Below are positions 54,396 to 64,000 of a stretch of DNA of 64,000 bases, piece after piece (position 1 is the stretch's first letter; each line of letters begins with the position of its first letter). The notes under the pieces were generated by a model. That model was given only the letters and a program-made list of their open reading frames with translations. It did no database searches and was not told the DNA's origin. Origin of the DNA: Psilocybe cubensis. Lineage: Eukaryota. The position numbers were made by a program, and so were the translations under genes. The stretch is from positions 2,232,001 to 2,296,000 of the forward strand of contig CM039005.1 of assembly GCA_017499595.2 (NCBI GenBank), written 5' to 3'.

Positions 54396-55122
54396 GGTGT
54401 TACCGTGCTGTTTGAATGCAGCTGGATTTGTTTTCGTATGGCAAATGTGCAGGTGAAGTGTAAGTTTTGTTCAGACTTTTCAGACTCATTCAAAGTGGCT
54501 TTTGATACGTGATGTCACATCACATGACTAACGCGGTACCGACGCGTCTATCTCAGTTTGGACAACGTGGCGGGATGTCGGCCTTGGCTTTTAGGCGCCG
54601 AAACACATTTCAGTACGAACTGCTTCATCCTTTCGAGGTGAGAGAATAAATGCAGATTTTATGCATTTGCAGAACAGACTGTAACAAGATCTTTCTGCCC
54701 TGCAATCATGACTGCATCGCTGCCCACGGTGGCCGGCGCGCTTCTTGACAATTGCCGGGCCGACAAAGACGGCCCATCAAGGAAGGTCCGAGCCCGAACA
54801 TGCCAAGAAGTTGTGTCCCTGTATTATTTCTACGAACCTGCCTCAATTCATAGCATAATTGTAACAAATTTGGTCCCTGAAATGAGTTTTCTCCCTTCTT
54901 AATCCCTTAAAATCCTGAAACATGGGTAAAATTCTACCAACTATTTTCGCACTCACTCAGATGACTAGGATACAATCTCCCATAAGGTGACCCACAACCT
55001 TTACAGCGTGCTTCGCATGAACTTACGGTTAAACTTTTCAGCGGATCTTCAAAAGGTCATGCCTGAACCACCTTCTAAATCTCGTCTTTCCTTTCAACTA
55101 CACCCCGTCGACGACGTTAAAT

Positions 55123-57920
55123 ATGGCCCTCGTACAGTCGTCTGGCCCGCCTTTTGTACCTCCTCCCGCCGATCTCACTTTGCCAGAAGTGTTCCTTGAC
55201 CGCAAGCTGAAACACTCCACAACAACACAGGAGTATCCACAGATACCCACATTAATTGACGCTGAAAGTGGACGAACCGTATTCCTTTCTGAAGTACGTG
55301 TTGTTGGATGTGATGATGAGCCCCTGTTTAGATTCCACACATAAGCTTCGTAATCGTACAGATTGTTTGGCCAGATCCTTTGCAAAGCAATTTGGTTTAG
55401 GTTCGTGTGTTACTTTCCGATGTCTGGTTTGGCGACTATTATTCATGATTCATGACGACAGGCAACGACGAGATAGGTACCCTAATTTCAAAGAGACCCT
55501 GGCATATTAACAATCTAACTCCCTGGTCTAGTCAGTCTGCTTGCTGCGAACCATACAGGTGAGTTCTCCGAACCTTTCAATTTCACTTCGGCGGTCTATC
55601 AATAACGCAAGCGAGCAGACTATCCTGTATGTATATGGGCGGCTCATAGGCTGGGTGCGATCGTCGCGTGCGTTTGAAGTCCTTTTTGCTCATGGTCCAG
55701 AACCTCATGCATTCCCATGCAGCCCAACAAGTCCTGGCCTCACGACCGGTGAACTGAGTAATCGACCCAAATCTATGTACTCCTCAATGTTTGATGCTGA
55801 TGACTTTTTGTTAGGTTATCAATTCGAGGTTACTAAGCCGTCGATCATCATTGCCGATGCAGAAAATGTCTCTATCGCAGCCCAGGCCGCGAAGCGCCAC
55901 AACATCTCCAGGAGTCGCATCATCGTACTAGGAGGCGATCCTACTGGGGAAGCCACAGCATACGAGTCGGTGAACGTGCTTATCAATCACGGGCGACACC
56001 TTCCCAACATTCATACGTTTCGTCTCGAGCCTGGAGCTGGATCATCTAAGGTGGCGTTTCTTTGCTTCTCTTCAGGAACAACCGGAAAACCAAAGGTGAC
56101 GCTTCCTGGCGCTTTCCAATAATCATGACTCATGCATCTTTGATAGGCAGTGTCTATCTCTCACCAAACCGCGATATGTAACGTCCTCCAACTAGCTACC
56201 TTTGATGGATTAAATATGAACTTGCCTGGAGTGGAGCCACGATATAGGCCAGGAGATGTTTGCACTGGAGGTATGTCTGCAAGCATCCTAGAATATGAAT
56301 TTAAGCTGATATCCCTCAGTCCTTCCTCTCTATCGTGAGCCAAATATTATTGAATTTTCTTCACTACTTCTTATCTCAGTGTACATGAAGATATTTATGG
56401 TCTTGCAATGAATGTAAGTTGGTAATTACTAATGAGCCCGGCGCCAAACTAATATCGCCAATTATAAAGTTACATTTTATTCTATACTGCCAGGTAAGAC
56501 TTTCTCAACGATGTAAGAGTAACGGTTTATATTCACTAAACCCCAGATGACTCTTGTCATTACGCGTAAATTTGACTTCCTGAAATTTCTAGAAGGGATT
56601 AAAAAATACAGAATCACCCATCTTATGTTAGACAATCATACTATATTGCCTGTATATCCACTAAACAACTGAATTTAGGATCGTTCCACCTCAGGTCATT
56701 CTTCTTTGCAAGGTACGCTCGTATTAGTATATTAACTTTGAAGTAAAGTTATATTTATGTATCTGCACCAGCACCCCGCAGCTCTGAAAGCCGATTTATC
56801 CGGCATCCGATATTGCATGGTAGCGGCTGCTCCTCTCACAATCGAGCTTACTCAACACCTTATCAAGAAACTGCCAAATGCTTGTCTTGGGCAAGGGTAC
56901 GGTATGTGCAACAAAACGATAACACGTCTTCCCCTTCTGATGGCTATCAACCACGTAAAGGTATGACAGAAATGTGCGGTGCAGTCAGCATGGTAAGTGT
57001 CTGGCTCTGTTAATATGGGCCCTTGGCGACAGCGTTTTGATGGGACGTTTATAGTGGCCTCTCTCCCAAAGAATAGGGACTGTCGGCAGCGGAGGCCAGC
57101 TTATATCTGGCACTACCGCTAAAGTGGTCAAGTCTGATGGATCTATTGCTGCAATTGGCGAGTCTGGGGAGCTCTGGGTTAAAGGCAATCAAATAACGCT
57201 CGGATATTACAAGAATGAGGCATCGTGAGTAGTTTTCGAAAGCTTTCTTGCAGATTTGGCCTTGTTAACTATCGTAATTTTAGTACGCGTGAAGCATTCC
57301 AGAATGGGTATTTACCGAAAATAGCTACACAATACACAAGCTGACTTCGATATTCCTATTAGATGGTATAAAACCGGAGACGAGGTAAAGATTGATTCCA
57401 ACGGTGATCTATTTATCATCGACCGCATTAAGGTAGAACCGTGTTCTCTGCCAATTTTCTACTATTACTTTGTTTCTCAACGGTTTTGTCAAAGGAAATG
57501 ATTAAAGTCAAAGGGTTCCAAGTCGCACCTGCAGAGCTCGAAGGCCATCTCATTGACCACCCAAGCATCGCAGAAGTCGGCGTCATAGGAGTTCCAGACG
57601 AATATGCTGGAGAGCTTCCTCTAGCGTTCATTGTACTGCGTCAGCAAGCTGCCGAGGAGATAAAAAATAACCCAGCTGCAGCATCCTCGCTTAAAGCAGA
57701 TATATACAAAGTAGGCGCCTGTATTGGTTACATGGGGAATGTGGCTAATGATTTGGATCAGTTTGTGAAGAATGCGAAGTCTCGTTATAAATGGCTCGAC
57801 GGAGGTATTGAATTTGTTGATTCAATTCCTAAGAGTCCTAGTGGCAAGATTCTAAGGCGCATTCTTCGCGATAGTATTGTAAACAAGACTCGAACGCCAC
57901 ACGTAAAACCAAAGTTGTGA
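55123..57920 (+). CDS. AMP-dependent acyl-CoA ligase (4-coumarate-CoA ligase-like), possibly peroxisomal
   Basis: FSSGTTGKPK, GQGYGMTE, WYKTGD, IKVKGFQVAPAELE, PKSPSGKILRR; ends in PTS1-like PKL. Confidence 0.92.
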
Positions 57921-58130
57921 ATGTGGTTTTATAGGCTATACCACATTTAGATGTTGATACCATCACCTTCCTATCTCCTATCGGCGCTTACCTGGTGGGA
58001 GATATCAATGTTGAAATATCTTTATACCAGTATATTATCACAGTAGTAGCAGTTTCCAGAAAAAATGAAAGAAAAATGACGACTCCTTGTACTTCTTATT
58101 ACCTGTGATCTCCAATAAAACCTCTTGTAC

Positions 58131-60677
58131 TTATCCACCAACGTGAGTACCGTTCTTGTCTGTGCATTGCCACCAGACGCTGCAGGCAGGGAAAAGTCCC
58201 GCAGGTTCGTCGCCGGCGTCTTTCAACAACAAAGCCACAACACCGTGAGGTGGTACATCCGTTGCCGTGAAGTTTCTTACAGCCGTGCCGTTGTTGGTGT
58301 GTGACCAAAGGTCCTGTGTAAAAGACACCCGGATTTTCAGCACGAAACGAGATGAAAGAGGATTTAACATAAAATTTACCCTAACGGAGTATTGGCGACC
58401 TGCTCGAATGAAAGGAGATTCGGTCAAGTTGAAGAACATCGTGGATGGAGTGTCAAGCGTGTTGAGCTACGTTGCAAATCTCAGCGCTGTTCGATTACTT
58501 CTTGAAGCGAAATGATGATTACCAGCATAAACACGGTTCCGTTTTCGGAAGGTCCACTCCAATATTGAGCTGGGTGCGTGCTATTGCTTGTCCAGTCCGG
58601 CTAATCAACAATTGTCAGTTGCCTTTTTAAATAGCAATTATGGGTGTGGGTTCTTACGTTGATTCCCCAACGGAAGGGAGAGATACTGGTTCCTTCGACA
58701 GGATCTTGATTAATGGCGAGAATCTCTCGGTTGGTTAAGATTTCCAGAATATCAGGTGTGATGGCCGACAGCTATGGATAGGAATTAGTGAGTCTCATAC
58801 CATCAATTGATTCAAGTGCATCGTACGTTGGTCCCGATCTATAAAATGATGATGCATGAGAGCTTCATTTCGCGAAAGGTGAAGAAATAAATTAACGAAC
58901 GAGGAGTGGCGACTTCATCAATGCCCACGCGGTGAAGTGCGACTTTGATTCTTCAAAAGTCAAGCCGCCATTCCCGCTGAAGTATCCATTGATTTCTCAG
59001 CTCAATTCCTAAGAGAAAATTATACTAAATACGTACAGTTGAAGCTAAGATTGGTATTAATGTCCATCACTTAGAAACAATGCACATAGGACGTACCATG
59101 TCCAGATCATTGCGGCCATAGAAGTCAGTGGCTTGAGTAATGAACGAGTTGCTACAAGACAATAAGGTTGGAGGTTATCACACAGTGCTTTTGGTAGCCT
59201 ACAAGTTGATAATGGAGGCAAGAGAGTTCCACTGGGGAGCGATGTCTCCAGTAGTCTAAATGGGCCAAATATCGTAAGTTATACGATATAAACAAAAGGA
59301 AGTTGACGAACCCTCCAACTATGCCCTAGTTTCGCACCCCAGCTGAAGAGACATGAGGATTCCTAACAGTTTTAAACATGGAATAGAAAAGTACGAACAG
59401 CCACACTTGACTCTAGATGTGACAAATCAGAGAAGTGATGATACAAAGAAAACACGACTTACCCAGCCCCATTCACACAACGAGAAGACAAACGGCCTGT
59501 TGAAAGTCTTGCTAACTTGGGCCAGAGCATCGGCCATGCGTTGATACTCTGAAAGTTGCTAATTAGTCTATTATTCGCACAGCACCCACGATATTGACGC
59601 ACTTCCGACTATGCCTTGTTTAATGATGTCGTCGTAAGGAACTAGATAAGCAATGAGGTGGTTTCACTAGGTACCAATCCATCTGTGATATACTTACTAG
59701 CACAATTGTCGTACCTACGGAAGCCAATTTTAGTAAATGGAAATAAATGAAAACCAATAGAACAATCACTCACTTCAAATAGTCAAATCCCCACTTGGCG
59801 AAGGTAGTAGCATCTCGAACTTCGTTCATGAAAGATCCAGGATATCCTGCACATGTGAACCATCCGGAATCGCTGTACTGTAATTTCGATGACGACATGG
59901 AATAATTTTAATTGAGGTAACTGGAAAAACACGCACAATGCCGGTTTGGCTGACATGGGTTGTCAGTAACTTTAAGAGCTAATAATACTCATAGAAAATA
60001 TACACACAATCCAAGAGCATGGATCTGTTGATTGAGCTTGACCATCCCATTCTTGAAGCGAACTTTGTCTGATAGTAACCTTGAAATCAGTAGGGCAGAA
60101 CATCACTGAGAACGGTTGCTCAATGCAAAGCTTGCCTTCCTGAATATCACCACTGGCAGTTCGGTTTTTCTCAGCGTAGCAGTCGTCTATGTTGACAAAA
60201 TTGTAGCCGGCCGCCTACAGTGACAATGATGTCAATCACGATTCTCCACCAAAACATTATATTTAGAAGGCATGAGAAAACTTTATGCAGACCTGGAGAC
60301 CCAACGACTTCATGAGTTTCGCGGTCGTCAACAACAGATTTTCATCGATGTTGCACTGTGAATATGCGGAAGGTTCATTATTAGCGTCGGTGCCGAGGGC
60401 ATTTGTATTCAAAAGCGATCGAGTACCTGGTAGGCATTCCACGCTAAGTTTAGAGAGGTTAGCAATAAGGCATGAATGCGTCAGAGGCGTGTAACATACT
60501 GTTATAACCCAGGACTATTTCCCAGAATCGTTAGCCAAAAACGTTTTGGTCACGTAAGGGAATCTGGACCGACTGACTTGGCAAGCGCGCTACGCCGTTG
60601 TTGATAGCGTTGACAGGATTGTTGACATTGAAAGCGACGAGGCCGAGTGTTACGGCCCAGAAAGAGATAGAGAACAT
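58131..60677 (-). CDS. Secreted GH27 alpha-galactosidase (many short exons)
   Basis: Signal peptide; [54 protein letters not shown]. Confidence 0.92.
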
Positions 60678-61466
60678 GGTTGTTGTTCGAAGGGGCCTGA
60701 GTGGAGTCAAGAGATGTCTTCTTTTAAACCTGCTCCAGATCCAACTAGAAGCATTGGACGTCCAACTGGAAAGTGCATGACTTGTCACGAAGTATTAGTC
60801 GCTTCGAAGCAAGTAGGCCTCATGCGCAAAGGTGGTTCATGTAGGGTGTTTCCGAATATATGCCGTAAGGCTTACTGCACAGAAGGCTTGACTGGAGATG
60901 TAGATATTGTCTTCGAAAATTGGTATAATAGAATACAGCAGATCTAAGGACCGAGATAGACTTGTTAGCAACAGAGATTTTTGTGAGCTCGTTTCTGCAA
61001 GAGAGTAAGCGATGGGCTGGTGCGAAGAGACAACAGTATACTGGAATTTGCCAGAGTATCGCCATGCAACGAGGATAATTGTGTTCCATGATGCAAGTGG
61101 TTCTATGACGGCGATGACAAGAACTGTGGGTAGCCGCTTCCTACAGATTCAGTCAAGGGATGGAGCTCACGTCCAGCGTGTAAAAGTCAGGAGTCAAGGT
61201 CACGACCGCGATCACATATACAGATCGGGCCGAAACCTGCTTCTGCGAGTTTGTTTCCCGTTTTCTAGATCACTTGAACATGGCGGCGGAACGTCCAGTT
61301 GGCTTTCGGGACCGTTGGAATATCAAAACGGTATTTAGAGTTCCGGGCCTGCCAAAGTGAATGAACATGATAGAGGAGGGGTATGTTATTACAGATATCA
61401 TACATATCGATGAATAAATTAACTCGTGAATAGAAAAGGAAAAGAATATGGCCAGGACTCATCAGG

Positions 61467-62699
61467 TTATGTGCCTGCAGCGGCTCTTGCATGAGCAAGA
61501 ATAGCTGCCACCAGCCCGTGAACATCATTAACTTGTATGTGCGCATCCACCACGTCCCCTACTTCGATTCCCAGTTCATCCAGGCCTGAAACTTCCGCTG
61601 CAGCGAGTTTCTTCGTGTCGGACTGAAATATTAGGGTGATTGTAATGTGATGCGGAGGAGAGGAGCTTATTTTGTATGTTAGACGAAGTTCGTTTTCCGT
61701 TTCAGAATGCAAATCTTCGAGATTGTGGATAGAACGCTGAAGGGATAAAGATGCGGTAAACCTGAGATATTGTATGAGAGCAGTGTAGTATGCGTATATC
61801 AAAGCTGCGCACCATTCATACAAAGGAACGATTCTGCTGTCCTCCTCATCTAACTGGGCATTTTTAACGGCCTTCTGCGCTTCGGAGGCTTCGATTCGAA
61901 GATTCTCGACCACTAAAGCACCGGCCTTCACACGTGCTTTGTCCGCTTTAGCCTTCTGTTTGACAGATTGGACTTGATCGCTCAGCGTTTGCATCTCTAC
62001 TACCTGGTCGGCAAGTTTTTGATCGGCGAGCGGGATTGTTAGTCGTGGGTGGGGGTGAGTGTGTCTGAGGAGCATTAGGCGCGTCCGAGCATCTATTATT
62101 TTCTGAGAAAGTAGCGCTGCTCTGTCTGTTGCCTGTTTAACCTGATGATAATCTGTCCAAATTTGTCTTGAATCGGAATCAAGGTCTAGCCACACAATAC
62201 GCACCTTGTTCGACAAGTGGAGCCAACAGTCTGATATTTTTCTGTGTCTCTTCCAGCTTTTGTTTCGCGACTTTTAGCTTTGCCTTCTTTTCTTCGTTGA
62301 TCGCTGAAAGCTCGTTGTTCTGTTCTACTGTAATAATCGGTGCATCGTCGATATCACTAACAATGGATTTGACATATTTGTCCTTCGCGTTTTGTTCCAG
62401 ATATTGAAATTTCAGTTTTCGTAGATAGGCCTGCGAGGAATATCAAGGGAAGACGCGTCTTGAGGAATACTGTCACATACTATTTGAGCGGCAACATCCA
62501 TTGCAACGATAGCTGGATCCTTGATCATCGCATCTTCTGGATCGAGATCTTCATCGTCCTCCGTTCTATGTTCACTTAGTTCTTGAGCTTTCTTCAACAA
62601 CTGGATGTCTAGTGCGTTCAACTGCGTCTCCAGTTTCTTTGCAGCCTGAACATTCTGACTCGGCTCGATGGCTGGCAGTTCAAGTGATGGTCGTGACAT
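61467..62699 (-). CDS. Kinetochore protein, Sos7/Kre28-like
   Basis: YLRKLKFQYLEQNAKDKYVKSIV resembles the conserved fungal Sos7 motif, followed by coiled coil (recognition from memory). Confidence 0.7.
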
Positions 62700-63628
62700 G
62701 TTCCCTAACCAAATCTCCATTGATCATTTTCATGTGCCAAATACAGCCTTCAACTTACTTTAGAGCCTTCAGTACAACGACGGTTGAGATAAATGGTATG
62801 CCAGTAGGTAGTCAAACCGTTCGTGACTTGCCTTCAACGATAGACGCGTTAATCACGTGAAACGTCACGCTTAATTTTGCCTCATGAATGTCACGCGATA
62901 GTATTCCCACGCCTCCTGAAAGTACATCGGCCACCATTGTCCGAGGCAGTGCTCAAGGCTCTGGCAACGCGCATCACTGTGACGGGCGTTGTTGATTTAC
63001 TGGGACTCCTTTTCTTGTTGGTCAGGCTTAATAACTCTACTTTCTCAACGTAAACTCATTACATTTCTTCAACAATACAGCCCCCTGTGTTTGTGCAGTG
63101 TTGGTTAACCCCCACATTCAGTAAGTGACAGTCAAATACTCGTGAAATTTCCTTCTACGTTGCTGACGATGTTTTGCCGTCTTACGTGTTGTCTTTCTAT
63201 CACAATTCAGCATCGGTCCTAATACCTTTCACTTTTGAAGGCAACATTCTACGGATACCCTCCTATCAATTCAGTCGACATACCCTGTTCAATACGGCCA
63301 AGCTATAGTACTACGAAGGCGGGATACATAGGATGCAAAACCCTAAAGGTATGTAGCGAATTATCATCTACATGTCTATATTATAGCTGACTTCCAAAGA
63401 CTCTGCGTTATACGCACCACTGGTGCAGCATGATGCCCAATCTTCCAGCGATGCCCTGGATGCAGATACAGGTATTTTCCTTTCTTGAAGAACAGTTAAC
63501 ACTGAGCGCACTCATCATATGGGACGTGTTACGAGCAGAAATGAACGAATATATGCATAGCAATAGAGCAAATGGATGTACGGTGTTGTAGTCTGTCTAT
63601 TGTTCGTGCCTTCTAATTGCGTTGTAGA

Positions 63629-64000
63629 TCGCGACGACGACTCTCGCAACGGCCGACCTGGTGTGTTCCACTACAACCTGTATCTCAGTTGGGGCACTAG
63701 CTTACACTTTATTACCAAGTACTTGCTACCGGTTTCCAGCACTCTGTTGGCAAGTCTTCTCTGAAGATCTTTCTACGTACCAGAACGCTCACCTTATACG
63801 TAATTAGATGCCAGTTCAGCGAAGAAGTTTTCTCAAAGGCGCCTTATCATTAGCCTTGCTCCATTTACCGTAATTATGGCCCTTGGCTTCATTATCTTGG
63901 CCGGATTGCTCGGAGTATGGGTGACTCGCACAAAACCAAACGAAAATGTTGTTCCGCACACGCCGCTTGAGCAAATCGCTCTACGCAACAATTCGGTTGG
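63629..64000 (+). CDS. Partial hypothetical membrane protein (runs off window; 5' exons unresolved)
   Basis: Exon-like frames IATTTLATADLVCSTTTCISVG... and a hydrophobic segment FTVIMALGFIILAGLLGVWV, separated by GT-AG introns. Confidence 0.35.

Overview
Eukaryotic, intron-rich fungal genomic DNA. Short GT-AG introns, many micro-exons and the gene content point to an agaricomycete (mushroom-forming basidiomycete); this is inference. Left to right: 3' end of a cytochrome P450; a small secreted 8-Cys protein; a CNH-domain (Vps39/Vps3-like) gene; three tandem intronless TPR-like paralogs (one frameshifted); a decayed FunK1-type kinase; a 543-bp MITE with 61-bp perfect TIRs beside an intron-containing tRNA-Ala(AGC); a divergent histone H2A/H2B pair; three tandem DUF2235 (Tle1-like alpha/beta hydrolase) genes plus an inverted pseudogene; two tandem Zn2Cys6 transcription factors; an FAD monooxygenase; a kinesin; a cytochrome b561-like membrane protein; a hypothetical protein; a long coiled-coil protein whose spliced N-terminus looks like a linker-histone winged helix; an acyl-CoA ligase; a GH27 alpha-galactosidase; a Sos7-like kinetochore gene; and a partial gene at the right edge. 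The best candidates for new biology are the CHAT-less TPR array with its kinase relic, the DUF2235 array carrying an N-terminal acidic dileucine motif, and the H15-like/coiled-coil fusion. All gene models were spliced by eye and all family calls rest on motif recognition, not on database searches.
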